Shown here: positions 36,198 to 50,343 of the stretch, piece by piece
Layout: the number at the start of each line of letters is the position of its first letter
Numbering within the stretch: position 1 is the first letter of the stretch
IMG/VR virus record: IMGVR_UViG_3300020214_000007
Coordinates: 25,038-89,037 of that record
Length of the DNA: 64,000 nucleotides
Direction: 5' to 3' (one strand)
From: a virus
Position numbers and translations under genes: made by a program
Notes under the pieces: generated by a model
Database searches by the model: none
Seen by the model: only the letters and a program-made list of their open reading frames with translations
Told to the model about the DNA's origin: nothing

Positions 36198-36677
36198 TTA
36201 TTTAAACATTCTTTCTACTTTATTCATTTCGGCTATTCTTGCACCAGAGGTATTTTTTTTCAACGCTTTTGAGTAATTATTTATTATACCAAAATTATTA
36301 TTTTTGTTAAAAGAATTTGATAATGATTTAATATTTTGAATATGCGTTTCATTCCTGCCGGATATATTTTTTAATTGTCTAGCTTGTTGATTTTTGGGAT
36401 TATCATAACCAGTATTATTCATCTGTATATATGCTGGGGCACTTCTCATATATCCCTCATATGAACCCTTCATCGGATCCGAAGGGACGGCGACTGGCTT
36501 TTGGGTTTGTGTAAGTTGTCTTTTTTCCTCTTGGACTACACTGGGTTTTCCACCTGAAGGCGTATGACTTACCTGGGCCGACAGCTCTACAGACCTGCCA
36601 ACTCTGGGCCTTGTATCTGGCCTAGCATTAGCAGCGTCTTTTAATCTTTTATTGTAGTCAGCGTTTAATAAACTCAT
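36198..36677 (-). CDS. Hypothetical protein (159 aa)
   Basis: Intact basic ORF packed between two giant genes. Confidence 0.6.
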   Translation of the reverse strand: MSLLNADYNKRLKDAANARPDTRPRVGRSVELSAQVSHTPSGGKPSVVQEEKRQLTQTQKPVAVPSDPMKGSYEGYMRSAPAYIQMNNTGYDNPKNQQARQLKNISGRNETHIQNIKSLSNSFNKNNNFGIINNYSKALKKNTSGARIAEMNKVERMFK

Positions 36678-36682
36678 ATATT

Positions 36683-39600
36683 TTAAAACGATCCAGCTAT
36701 ATCTTCGTAGGAATTGCGACCAAGATTAGGCAGCGTGTCATGCATAGTACCCTGTATCTGCCCGTTTGACAAGGATCCCGCCCTTGCCATAAACTCATCT
36801 ATTTCTTCCTGGCTAGCGTTAAATGATACGTTATATGATGTACCTTGATCACCAGCAACAATATTGGGATCGGGCAACCCCACTGCTGCACTAGGCAAAT
36901 TCTCATATGGACTTCCACCCGGAAGAAGCGGGGGTCCAGCTACGCCCTGTTCTGTAACATCATTTTTTTTCTTCATTGCAAAAACAGCTATTCCAGCGGC
37001 AGCTGCTGTTCCAGCTAATATCTTGCCCTTATTTCGCATTGCCCCCTTAAATAGATTGTTTATTTGAGGATTGTCATTTAAAAATGATTTAAAAACCTGC
37101 CCAACTGTTCTAAATTTACTGGATTGGCGAGCTAATCGCCCCTGTGTATTGACACTTTGTTCTGATAAATCTGCTATTGTGTTTTCTATGTCTGCTATTC
37201 TCCTTAGTATGTCATCAACTGCAGATTGTTGTTCGTTTATCTGCGCAGCGACGGCTTCATCTAAAGCTTGAAAATTCGGTTTTACTATAGTGGGAGCCTG
37301 TGCAGAAAGCTCTTCTCCCGATTCTGCTACCCCAGAAAGCTCTACACCCAGCATGCCGCCAGTTCGTTTATCTTCTTGCGCTATTCTTAAAAGCTTCATC
37401 TTTGATATTGTATCTATATATTCTTGAGCGGCTCTTTGCGCTTTTTCTTCTGGTAGTTTTATCCCAGAACTTTCAAGCCTTCTTAGATAAGAATCACGTA
37501 CGAGTTTTTCCGCTTCTTCTTCTCCTTTGCTTGTCGCTATAGTCATAAAATCGTTCAAGAAATCTGCATCAATAGCAGGTCCGGTTTCGATGCCAGCTTG
37601 TTTTGCTGCTAGCTCGCTAAAAATAATTACTGGCGCTTGTCTTGGTGGTCGCAGTCCAGGTTGATTAAAGGCCATTTGAAACGCTTTGCTCCTTGCCATA
37701 AATAATTCATCTGCTTCGTTAAATATTTCCGGTACACCTATCAATCTCCCTGTTTCTGCTTTTACATGCCTTATAGCTGAATTATAACCAATTTTCCCCA
37801 ATGTTTCTTGGTCAAAAGCATTTAATGTTCCAAAATCTAATCCAGTAAGCTTGCCCATGTATTCCATGGTTTCTTCTAAATTTTTTTCTATAATAGGATT
37901 TTGCATGGTCCTAAGAGTCACGTCAGATCTTGCATAAGAATAAAGATCCGCTAAATGATAAGACGTTCCATCAGCGTATGTATACTTTATATCTTTGATA
38001 TCTTTGACGCCTGAACCCAATATCGGATTAAATAGATCATCTATTATTCTAGCCAAAGATCTTTTAGCTCTAGATTGCAGGGTTTTACCCGTTTCCATTG
38101 AACCTAATTCCACTTCTTTGTAAAGTATTTTTAATCTACCAACCATGTCTTGAGCTGCAGAGTCAGATTGAGACACACGATTGAGGTATTCTAGAATTTC
38201 TGTTTGAAATTTAGTCGATCCTTCATTCGCGGCATATTGAGCTCGAGCCACGTATTTTTCTATTTCATCCTTGCCTATACGAACAGAAGATCCTGGACCA
38301 TCAAAACTGTCCGGAATGTTCATATCATCAAATAGTTCTTTCAAAGCTCGAATAGATTCTCTGTCTGCCTCTTTATATGATGCCAGACTATCTTTATCTG
38401 CTATTTTTGAAATAAGAAATCTTGCACGCTCGATCTCTTCTAAATCGGTTAATTTTTCAACATTGGACAAGCTGGTAATATTGTCTAAAAATTCAGACAT
38501 TTCCTTAGTTTGTAGTGTTGCAGGAATACCCAATGCAAGTTTCGTTTCCATTTGCTTCTTCACCATTTCCAGACTTGTTTTTGTGGTCGTTAAACCTCGT
38601 ATTGTGTTTGCAATATCTTTCAACTCTGCGACAAGACCCAACACGCTCTCTTGTTCATCTAGACCAAGACTTTGTATTAACTTTGTTTTTAGTTCTTTTA
38701 AGGGTTTAAAAGTGCTACCAGATTCGCTTATTGCGGCAGAATCAACATTCTCTATGAGTTGTTGAATTTCTGATATATTGTTAACAAATTTTTTTCCAGC
38801 GTCGCTTGTCATTTTCGGGGTCAGGAACTCTTGCCCTCGAACAAATCCACCGGCCCCTCTTGGCGCCTATACCAACTCCTTTCAAAAGCTCCTCTGCAAT
38901 CGAATAAACATCAGAAGAATCTGGGCTTGCGCCTATAGCTAATTTTAAGTTAGCCGCAAAGACATCAAGGCCGACATGCAATTTCGGATCTACCCCCAAT
39001 AGATGTTGATAGTACAATATTTCACCCATAGTTCTAGCCGATCTTCGAACCGCAACTGCACCAACATTATCTGCAGCGATGTCTGTAAATTGAAGAGCTT
39101 TATTTTTTAAATTAATATCTTCGCTCTTCAAAAGCTCGCCTATAAGTTCTTCTATTGGATTAGCCCTTTGCCCTTCGGCAAACATCCACTCAATTCGTTC
39201 TTCACCATAGCCCAATTGCCTGAATGCATCTACGGCATCGGCTATTAACGCGGCGTCTTTTTCGGGGTCAGGAACTTTTGCGATTCTTAAATCTTTTATC
39301 CCTTCGTGAATCGCTTTTTGTATAATGGCGTCATTGACACCATTGCTAGCAGTACCGAAATAAACTCGGGATGCATTGTACAGATCTGTGATATTCCCAA
39401 CAGACTTAAGAGTTGTCCCACCTCCGAGCCAAGGCTGCGTCAACCGCAGATTCAGGAGTATATATTAAAATACTTTTTGCTTTTAACTCTGTTAACGCGG
39501 TTTGGATATCCTCAATGTTGGCGCCTTTAGGGATCGGAGGTCCGCCCGCTTTTTTAAGTTCTTCTATTCTCTTAAATATTGAAGTTAATCCTTCATCACG

Positions 39601-42600
39601 CTGCGAATCGATGGATGTAGCTAGGCCCAATTTGTTTACGTAAATTCCCAGAGTATCATTAGCCGCCAATGCCTGGTATTGTTGCTGATTAAGAGCTTGG
39701 TTTATAATCTGTTCAACCCTCAACTGTAAATCTTTACTATATTTTCCAGTTTCATCACCTAAAATTTCACCAGCAAATCTATACACCGTCTCTGTGTTTC
39801 CGAGTCTTCTTAGTGGTGCTCCAGTTGGACCTTTTTTCATTTTTGCAATTGTAGTATTTTTTATATCAAGTAAAACATCTTCTGCCTTACCACCAAAAAC
39901 ATTTTGATTTTCATCAATTAAATCAGACATTGATCTAACAATAAAATCATCTTCTATAAGAGATGCTTTTGTATCAAACATTTTTAAAAATTCACTCTGC
40001 CTATATTGAGCTCCATATCCAATCTGGCTAGCTTCTTCCGCCGTCATGTGCAAGATGGTTCCAAACCTACCTGAAACATTTTCATTAACTTTCTGCAGGA
40101 TTTTATCAGGTAGCCTTTGCATTGTTATAAATCTATTATCAAATTCTTCAACTGTATCAGATCCATGTAAATGTCTTAAAATATCTTTAATTCCGATATT
40201 TGTTCCCTCTAGTTCGTCTCCATATTGAAGACCCATTACAACACCTTCTGAGGTTTTATTCCCAACATCAGTAATTCTAAAAATAGCTTTTTCTACTTTT
40301 TCAAAAAATTCAGGAGCCTTTTGATCCATTCCTTCTATGTATCTTTTGGCCTCTTGTTTATTGCCACTGGCCATTAATGAAACATATTTGAGAATCTTTT
40401 CTTCTTGAGTCAGTTTATTGAGCTCTACTGCGGTCATTTGGCTTGAAGCGGTTGGTATTCTACCAAACTTTTTTTCACTGACTGAGTGACTAACCGCAGC
40501 AGATAATTGTTGAAACCTTTCTCCAAACAATGTGTGAGATCCCAATAATCTCTCGAGAGTACCCTCGTCTAAATGCGGAAACATTAATGCGAATTCCTGC
40601 GGGCCAGTTGGCTGACGCCAAACAAAAGAGGTAAGCCTTCTTGCCCCTGAAGTATCTGTAATAAACGATAGGTCTGATATTACTTTATCGTCTAAGTCAA
40701 AACCGCCCCATGCTTCAAACAGTCTATTGCTTGCGGAACCAGTGACCAAAAATTTATGTTTATCTAATCTAAACTTAAATAATTCTAAATTAACATTTTC
40801 TCCATTAATTAATTTGGCAGATACTTTTTGCGTATCTTCAATAGAATCTCCCAAAAATATCTTACCGGCGGCATTCGATACCCTCTCTTCTGTGTCTATG
40901 CTATTTCTTTGAGAGAAGGGCAGTATGGGTAAGTCAAGAAAAGCATTTCGGGCGTATCCGCTTCTTCGTAATAATATCTATCTGTCTGTCGGTGTCGAAA
41001 ACATCCTTCTTGAGCATGTTTGCTGCGGTATTCATTAGGTCTGGAATATCTTGTATTTTTACCTCACCCATAAGTAGTTTTTGTTGAAGTTTGATGGCGT
41101 CTTTTCTATATCTTTCTGCGCTAAGTCTGCTCTTAAAACGAAGATTTTTCCAATTACTGACATCGGTATTGACCCCTCTTGTGATTTTTTCTCTCATTCT
41201 GGAAGAAATTTTCCCCCTTTTAAGATCATTAAGTTCTCCCTCCAGACCTCTCACCTGTTTCCTTAATTCGTCTCTTAGCGTTGGATTATTTTGTGGATTG
41301 TACATTTCTTTATGAAAAATTAATCCTTGCACGTCTGAAGCTACCAAGTCTTGACCATGACCAGCAGAAATCTGCATGGTTATTCCAGTAATTCCTTTTT
41401 CTAGTCTTTGACCTGCGGCGAAACTAACTTCCTTCTTCAATAATTCTTCAGAACCTACCCCTATATATCCCAAATTTAACAATCTTTGCACAATTTTGTT
41501 ATCTTGATATGCTATGACATCCGTCATCATTTTAACTTGACCGAGACTGTAAGAATATTCTTGCTGTTTGATCGTCTAATTGTACAACTCTAAACTTAGC
41601 TGCTCTTCTAACTCCATTTTTATCAAAACCAATTGGGTCAGCGTTGTTTGTCAAAGCTCTGAATTCATCCTCCCAACCTTTAATATTGGTTTCAAGATTT
41701 GATACTCTTGTTCTTTGATCTACACTTAAAGGAGATAGCTTTTTTAATTCATTTAATTCATCTAAACTTTTACTAGATTCAAGTATGTTCTGTTGTAACT
41801 GCTTTGCTCTTTGCTCAAAAACAATTGTATTTATAAACATTGAGCCGTCTTGGGTTTTCTTAAGCGATTCATCAAAGACCCTGCTAATTCTTCCCATTTC
41901 CTCTTCGCCTATACCGAAAACGTGCTCTCAATTCGGTACTGTCTTTTAAAAATTCTTGAATACTATTAATATTTATTTTTCCAACTCCCTGACCACCACC
42001 TGCCGAATCAAAGGCTTTTAGTAATCCACCCCTTTCACCACTGCCAGCCAATGCTTCTTGCATAAAACTCATTGCGCGCTGCGTTTGCTCTTCGCTTAAC
42101 CCAAAAGCCGATAACTCACGTGTAAAAAAATTGCGTCCAACTTTTTCGGTATATCCCTCTGTAACTATTCCAATGGCTTCTCGTCTTCTTGCCATTGCTA
42201 GTCTTTTAGGATCTACTACGCCCTTTCTTACCCCGCCAGAATCGACTATCATTTCGTTCGCATATTGACTCTGTAATCCAAATGTTTTAAGCACCGATTC
42301 TAGACTGGTATCATATATTAAAAACGCGTCATCTAGTGACGATAAATTAAGCGCAGGTCCTCTTCCACCATTTCTTACGTATTCAGTTATATACTGTAAA
42401 AGTTCTCCTGTTTCTTCTTGTGTGGCAACTAGGTTTCTAGCTGAAGTATGAGCTTTCATTCTTTTTGATCCCTTAGCAAAGCCAGAACCAATAGACGCAA
42501 GAAGATCATCATCTGGACCCCTACTTAAAGTCCTTTTTAAAGTTCCCGTGTCTAATACCTGAGAACCCATTCTTGCCAGAATTGCCTGAAATTGTGATTC

Positions 42601-43299
42601 TGTTAAATATTTATCACCTATTTTTGCCCTTAACAAGATAGCTGCTTCTTTTTGAATATTTAAAATTCCAGGTAAAACCTTGGCGTCTGCGGCATCATCA
42701 AGCCCAGCAAGCCTAGCGGCTTGTTCTCTTAGTCCTATTGATGATTGCATAAATTGATTTTGGTCTAACATTCCTTTTGCAATGTCATCAACTGCAGATT
42801 GTAGTTCCCCTGCTTCAAGCTCCTTACCATGCAAGAAGCCAAATCTTTCAATTTTTATTTTTTGTCCCATAAAATCATCAGAAAGACCAGCTGCAGCTCT
42901 TGCTTGTTTTGCAAAATCGTTGTCTTTAGATAATATCTCAGTATTAATTGATTTTACTAAGTCTGCCAGTCTTCCAAACTCTGCCTGGCTGACTGCGTCT
43001 CCAGCTATCAAAGAAGCTCTATCCGGCTCAACTATTTCAGTAAATTCTGAAATTTTTAAATCTAATACCGATTGGAGAACTTCTTGTACACTATGTTGAG
43101 TGCCAAAAAATTTTTTACCCGTTGCAATATTTTCTACTCCCAGTTCTGCGCCTTCTCTTATAAACCTAAGAGCTCCAGTCCCATATACCTCAGTTCGGGT
43201 AAACGCTGTTTCGTCGAATAGATTGCCTACCTCTTTAGTTGCTGTTATCAATCTATTGGGGAATTTGATAACTTTCTCGAACCCTTCATCAATTTGCAT
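36683..43299 (-). CDS. Tape-measure-like / ejected protein, ~2203 aa after five +1 shifts (41916, 41543, 40960, 39426, 38852)
   Basis: Six ORF fragments fuse through CGG-W into one helical protein with a C-terminal hydrophobic segment (ILAGTAAAAGIAVFAM). Start is TAATG-coupled to the upstream gene. Confidence 0.65.
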
Positions 43300-46200
43300 T
43301 ATCTAACTCCCGCCATAACGTTGACCGATCCTGGATTAGAATTATTAGTTGCAGGAGTAATTGTTCCGGAAATACCCATATCAAACATCAATCTCTGCAT
43401 TTGTTCCCTGACATCTTTTCCTGACATGTTTGATGCTCCAAAACCTGGATAGCTTGGGTTAACTAAATTTGCTTCTTTAATCTGCTGCGGAAAAAATCCC
43501 ATTTGCGACATCTCAATGCCCATAGCCTGACCCATTTTGATTTTTACATGTTCCATATTTGTATTTGGATGCCAACCCTCCCAAGCCGCTCCTGGCAGTT
43601 CGTGCCTTTGAAAATACTCAATTAAATCTGGCTTTCTTTCTACGGGCATTCCCCAAGCAGCTTCGTATATTCTTCTTTCTAATCTTGGAGCAGTTGATAA
43701 TATTCTTCCTCTTTCTGATTCGGGAGCTTGTATCATTGCCCTAAAGTGATCACGTTTTCTTTTAGGAATTCCAAGTGCAAGTTGATCTATCGATTTTGAA
43801 TCTAGGTCTGCGCCATACATAGTGCGCTTTGATAAATTCATGTACTGTTTTGCGGATTCAAAATCTCCTACTTTTTCAGCTCTTGAGGCAGCAGTTCTAT
43901 TCTTAACATATGTTAAAATATCCGTATACTCTTCTAACGCTAACTGTTTTTTTCTTTCTTGTGGAATAAATCTTTCTTCTTTTGATCTTTGCAATAACGA
44001 ATACGCGCCAACAGTTACTGCCCCCACTGCGCCTAGTCCATAGGTGGCTCTCTTACTGCCACCAAACCATCCCAGGGCAATTGCGCCAACACCTGCTGCA
44101 AGAATTGGATTTCTTTGAGTTCCTTTATAATAAATTGGTTTTATAAAGCTTTCCACCGGTCTTTGCCACTCGGGGAAAGTCGAACCATAAACATGGCGTC
44201 TCTCGTAGTCTTCCGTTGCCGTTCTTTCACCAGTAAATTTGCTATTAATTATATTATCGGCATGACGAAGTTTAGTGCGAATAGAATCAATAGGATTGAA
44301 AACCGCGCTTATAAACCCACGTTCTTTATACGGGCTAAAATTAGCCCTACTACGTTCTATTGAATTTATTTGTGCTCTAATCTGACCAACCTTATTTCTC
44401 TCTTCTTCAGAAAGACCCATAGTGTCTATTCTGGATTCAAGGTTTCTATACTCCTTTGAATATGGAGCTACGTCGGCCAAAATATCTAATTGATTAACGG
44501 CACCATATCTTCCGTTTTTATCTGGATAAAGCTTATTAAATCTCTCATAGCCAACACCAGGAAGTCTTAGTTCTCCCTCTTTTACTTTTACAAATGGATC
44601 ACCAGTTGTAAAATCAACAAAGTTATCTCTTCCCGGCATGAACTGATATTCCATGCCCATTCTATTCTTAATGGGATTAATATAATCTATATTTGTTCTT
44701 TCTTTGGGTATAAACCTTCTTACAATTTCTGATGCTTCAATGTTTCCAAGAGCGCCCTCTGCCTGAAGCGGAATGTCGCCAAGACCACCAAGGTTTAAAT
44801 CCCAAAATGCTCTAGTAGTACCGTATGCCCTAGATGCAGACTGTAAAACGGCCTTATCTGGCTCATAATCAAATGCTCCAAAACCTAATGATTTTCTGAA
44901 TTGACCACCAGCGAAGCCATAAATACCAAATGCTTCCTGAAGTCTATAGCCAATCTCTCCGCCAATAACTTCTCTATTTGTAGTTCTTAACGGAACACCG
45001 GCAGGCACTATATCTGCAGGTGATATATTTTTTCCAGTTGGAACACCGGCATAAATCGGAGAAACCACTCTTGATATTGAAGAATCTGCTGGTGTTCCTA
45101 TTGGGATATTAGAAAAGTTAAATCCACGATTTTGTTGTGCAGCGGATATTAGATTTGAATTTATGAAAGAAGACTGTGCTCTAGCCGCTAGCGCACCAGT
45201 TTGTTGTGACCCAGCAGCCGATGCTGCTGCAAAGTTTTGTGCGGATATTCCAGTTGTAGATCCGAACTTTTAGAGTAGATTTTTGATTAATTATTGCCGC
45301 ACGGTCCGTTGGTATATGCCTTAACGGCATAGGATCTCTTCCGTAAACTGGAGCAGCTAGTGTTGTAAAGTCTGGATATACGGATCTAATTCTTGAAATT
45401 TGTCCTTCTGGTATTGGTCTACCAACTCTGATTGATTCAATTGTCGGTAAGTAGGCACCCCCTTGTCCGACTGCCTCATAACTTGCAAGTCCGCGCTCCA
45501 GCTCTACTGGATGCATTATTTTTTGTGGCTTAAGTACTCTTCCTATGGTTGCATTTAATACCGGCACTGCGGCTCCATATGGGCCAGAAAAGTATTCTCC
45601 AGTTGTCGGATAGGGTCTGTCTTGATAATGTTTTCTTTCAAACCTATATGGATCTAGTGGTCTTAATGGAGAAAAGTCATTATAATACAAGAACTTTTCC
45701 ATTGGACTTCCATAGGTATCGGAAGTAAACATTGCCCCACCCTGAAGTCTTCTATACCAAGATGGTCTGTAATATTCAATCTTTCCACCCTTAAACGGCG
45801 TATTCCCTAAAGGCCAATATCTTCCTTTTCGAATTGGCACTTCGCCTTCTAGTAGCTGTTTTCGTTTATCAAAGTAGCCCATTCCCCCCGGAATCAAACC
45901 GGAAACTAATCCCTGAGCCTCAACGCCAACCCTAGCCGCAGCGCCAATAAACAATGGAGAATATACTCTTTCTCCCCTGTCATCTTTTCCTTGAGTATAT
46001 CCGCCCAAAGTCCTATCTACCGTAAATGCAGTTGCCCCTATCACCGCTGCAGGAAGAACTCTTTCGGCATTCATACCCCTGAAGTAGAGGTCTAGCGGTC
46101 CACTGAAATTGCTTTCTTTGAGGCCCGCGCCAACCGTTCCAAAGTATCTATTGAGTCTTTGAAATCCATAAGAAAATGGAACAGATGCTAAAGAAAACCC

Positions 46201-49200
46201 CTCCGCATTACCATAGGTAGATGTTCCTGCCGCACTGCGCATTGTTGCTTTTGGATTTCTTCGAAATGCCGTTGCAAACGTTGGAATAAAAGTAAATGGA
46301 TCTTGTTCGGTTCTTCCACTCAAAGAAGACGGAATTGGCCTTGAAACATAATCTCCCATTCCTAAATTTTTCTTAAAAAATGGTACGATTCTGCCGAGCG
46401 GGTTAATCGAACTTCTACTTGCTGCAGCTACTGTTCCGGTTGTAAATGGGTCAATTAGTGAAGCATTCGATGCTCCTGCGCTTCCAAGTATTTCTCTTGC
46501 TGCTTTAAATCTATTTAATGTATTGATTAAATTGCCAGCGGTATTGCTTCCCTCTTCGTACCTAAAGGTTTTAAATGCAGAAATATTTAAAGCTGTGGAA
46601 AAAGCAGCTGCTTGAGCTTCTGCTTTTTGCGCAGAGGTGATTTTGCCCGATTTAACTAGATCATCAATTACTGAACCAATTTCGGAAATTACCGTTGTTG
46701 GGTTTGATGATGGAAGTAGTGCGCGCCTTTGAATGAGATATCTCATTATTTCGAATCCCATTTCATCGCTTCTGGTTACGATAGAAGAAGAGGACTCAAA
46801 CATTCTTGATTGAGCTGAAAAGTCCGTTACTTTTTCAAACTTTTTAATTCTACTAAAAGCTTTTGATATAGCTTGATATTCTTTAAGATTTGTTTGAGCA
46901 TACTTGCTTTTTATGGAATTTAAATCTACAGCTAAAGAGCTTATTATTTCTTTTGCTCTTGTAGGAGTTTGGGGTGACAATAGTTCGTCTACTGTAAATT
47001 TTAGAGGATTAAATTGCCCAGGAGTGCCGGGCCTTGCGATCTCAACAAGACCATTTTTAATATTTATTTCGCCTAAGCCTATTAGTTTCTCAATGTAGGC
47101 TCTAGATACTTTTTTGTCAAATCCATAACTTAAAGTTCTATCAGCAAAACGCGTAAAAGATTCCATCAATTGAGAGTGTGAAGCTATTAAGGAATCGTCT
47201 ACAGCATTTCTTACTTCATATCCGACAATTTTATTGGATGAATCAGTTACCCCCCTTAGTACGGCGGATGTTTTTTTACCAAAACCCCCAATTGTAAATG
47301 GTTCATCTATATTAGATGAAAGAATTTTACCTATAACTGCTTCGTTATTTATATCACCTTGTCTATTGTATAACCTGCCAAAAAATCTAAATAAAGAGTT
47401 GGGTTGATCAACATCATAGTCTAATCGTTCTTTTATTTTCCCTGATAAACCAGTTGCGGTCCTTGCTTGAGGTGTTGTTTCTGCACCAGCTAATTCTGCC
47501 GTTCTGGTGAACATTGAAGATGTCCCAACAGCAAGGGGCCTGTAAAAGCCCTGTACTGACTGTGTTACGACTTCATTTTTGTTTTTAATGTTTTTAGCTG
47601 ACTGATAGGCAAACAGCTTGCCTTTGGTTCCCAAAAAACCGCCGGTACTATGCCAACTATATAAATCCGCTGTAAAGTCTTTATCACCGACTTTTCCAAC
47701 AAATGGATGCCTACCAACCGCCGAGGAAACTTTAAATTGACCAGCTTGAGACATAGCTTGAAAATCTTTAAATCCAAGAAGCTGAAGTGGATTAACGTTA
47801 ATAATTGGAACACGAACTTCAGTTGCTAAAAATTCTGCCGCTTTTCTTATGCCAGATGATATTGGATTAAGATTAACTAATTTAGGGGAATTGCCAGATC
47901 CAATCTTAAAAAATCCCCTTAGGTTACTTGCACCGGATTGTGTTCCCGCTTCAGCTCTAATTTGATCTATTACTGCTCTTGTGGTACTTTTTCCCAATCC
48001 ACTCCCAGTGGTTGGTGAATATGGAATATTACTAATTTCAACTTTATTTAAAACATTTTTACCAACTAATGGAGTTTGTGTACCCACCCTTAAGATTTTA
48101 GCGTTAAAAAAACTATCCTGATCTTTTAGATAATCGTCTAATGTGTATCTTTGTGCTCCAAAAAATTGAGACAAACTACCAAATGGGCCACTTGCTACCA
48201 TCTGCTTATTCTGTATTAAATAACCTATCATTTGTTCGTAGTTGTCGGTATCAAAACCCCTAGCCCTTAAGGCTGTCAACATCGCCGTTTCATCAGAGGT
48301 ATTAATTCCAATTGTTTTAGCTACACTCTCTCGAAGAGTGAATTGCTTATTCCTAACGGCAATCAGGTTGGCGGGATTTCTGCTGTTCAAGTTTCTTAAA
48401 CCCTGAAAATCCTCCTGTCTTAATTTAACATTTCTTAAAACAGACGAACTCGCCTCACGATTAAACTGTTGAGCTATTGTCTCTGCTGTTTTTTTTATAT
48501 TAACGCGAAAAAATCTGCCTTCATCCAAATACTCACTTTTGGAAAAGAAGTTTTTTAGAGTCTGATCTAATTCAAATATTTGCTGTTTTAGTTCAGCTGC
48601 TGTTAAGTTTAACTTTGCGCCCTGCCCTACGGTGCCTTCGTTGAATCTATCAATTAAAGACTGATAAAAATTAGCCTCTGGTCTTCTACCACCAAGAGTA
48701 ACTCTATTCTCAGCTGCTATATACTCAGGCGCTTTTAGGCCCTTAACTTTTTTCCATGGATATTCGCTGAAGTATATTTGATCAGAAAATCTTTTCGCGG
48801 CTTCTTCGTCGGCTCCTAAAATTTTTAATCTTTGTGCTAATTGTCTTTTGTATTCACCATCAAATACTTCTCTTCTAAATTTTTGAGAAATATAATTAAG
48901 AACTCCCAATTGATCTGTTGGTATGCCAACTTCTTTTTCAAATTGTTGCGCTAATCTTACTATGGGAGATGATCGTTTAGCGAGAAGGTTACTGAGAGAT
49001 CTTATGAAAATTGGATTTACATCTGCGTCTACGATATTTTCTGTTTTAAAATGTGCTTTAGATATTATTTTCTGAGCTACTGTAAGCAGGTCGGTTGAAG
49101 AGTCTAAATAAATCTGAGCTGCCTTAAGAGATTTGTATTCTTTAGCGCCCTGCGATAATCCTTGCCTTATTGCTTTATAGCCCGGTATATAATCAAGAAG

Positions 49201-50332
49201 AGTATTTATCTTCAAAGAATCTTCTAGACCATTATTTAATGCTCTTTTATCTCCTAAATAAATATCTTTGGCGATGTTTTTTGCTTTTGCGGAAAACGTT
49301 GCGTTAGGTTGCGCACCGTGTCTTGCGGCATAGAGATCGCCAACTGGATTTTTATGAGTTCCCTGAATAGCAACCATTGCTGACGATAATGCGCCAGTAG
49401 ATCTTTCGGAAAATTTAATTGTCTTGTCTAAAACATTGGCTACATCTGTTCCTAATTCAGATAAAGAACCTCTTAGAAAATTAGTTCTTTCATATAATTT
49501 CTTTTGAACCGGTGTTAATTGTTTATATCCATCATAGGCGCTATCCCATCTTTTTTCTGCTGTTCTAAAAAAGTTTAATGAACTGTTCTTAGAAGCCCCA
49601 GCCAAGCCAAGTGGGATCATAAATCCACCTATTTGAAAAGCCGCAGTTTTTGCTATGTCCTTTCCAATATCTATTGCCCTAGACGGATCATACCATTTTT
49701 TTCTTGGACCTTTTTCATCATCTTTTCTACCAAAAAGAGTTCTTCCAACAGTTTTATCCGCCGCATAAAAAGCCGGAACTTCGTACGGTAGTCTTCGCGC
49801 TTGTCTTACTAGAGACTGCTGTAGCTCATGTCTCCAATGCCATCCGATATTGCCTTGATTAAACCCGGCTTGAGCCATGCCGTATCCACGGTCAACAACG
49901 CCTTTTACGCCCTGATATCCAGTTATGAGTTGTCCGCGTTGCGTCTTTAAAGACTAGCGAATTAATGTTTTTAGGATCTTTTACTCTTGTAACACCCTCA
50001 AGCTCATCCAAAATACTGCGTATTTTTAGCATGCCGGTATGAGCTTTTGTTAAGGCGTTGGCCTTTCCTGCGCTCTCGGCTGCTTGCGCGGCTTGCGTCA
50101 GTTTAAAGCCAAGCTTAATTCCCTGGCCTCTTACGACTTTTCCTGCTACTGTTGCCGCAATACCAGTTGCCACCAAGGCGGTGGCCATTCTTACTATTGG
50201 GTTACCCTCAAGTGCTCTTGCTACAAATCCAGAATTTGGAGAAGGACCTATATCTTCTTCTAATGAAGGAGGAAAATCTCGTGAGGTTGCGCCAAAACCA
50301 ATATTGTGTATTGGTAAATTATCTCTTCTCAC
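43299..50332 (-). CDS. Tape measure protein, ~2343 aa after two +1 shifts at CGG-A (49936, 45264)
   Basis: Three ORFs fuse: DAT-G-QLITGY, LKV-G-STTGIS. Lies directly after the tail chaperones; Ala/Gly-rich hydrophobic segments near both ends. Confidence 0.7.
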
Positions 50333-50343
50333 GTATTACCCCT

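Noticed and set aside
43297-43301. Possible frameshift fusion of the two tape-measure-like genes
   Set aside because: This is a standard TAATG stop/start overlap with no in-frame CGG.
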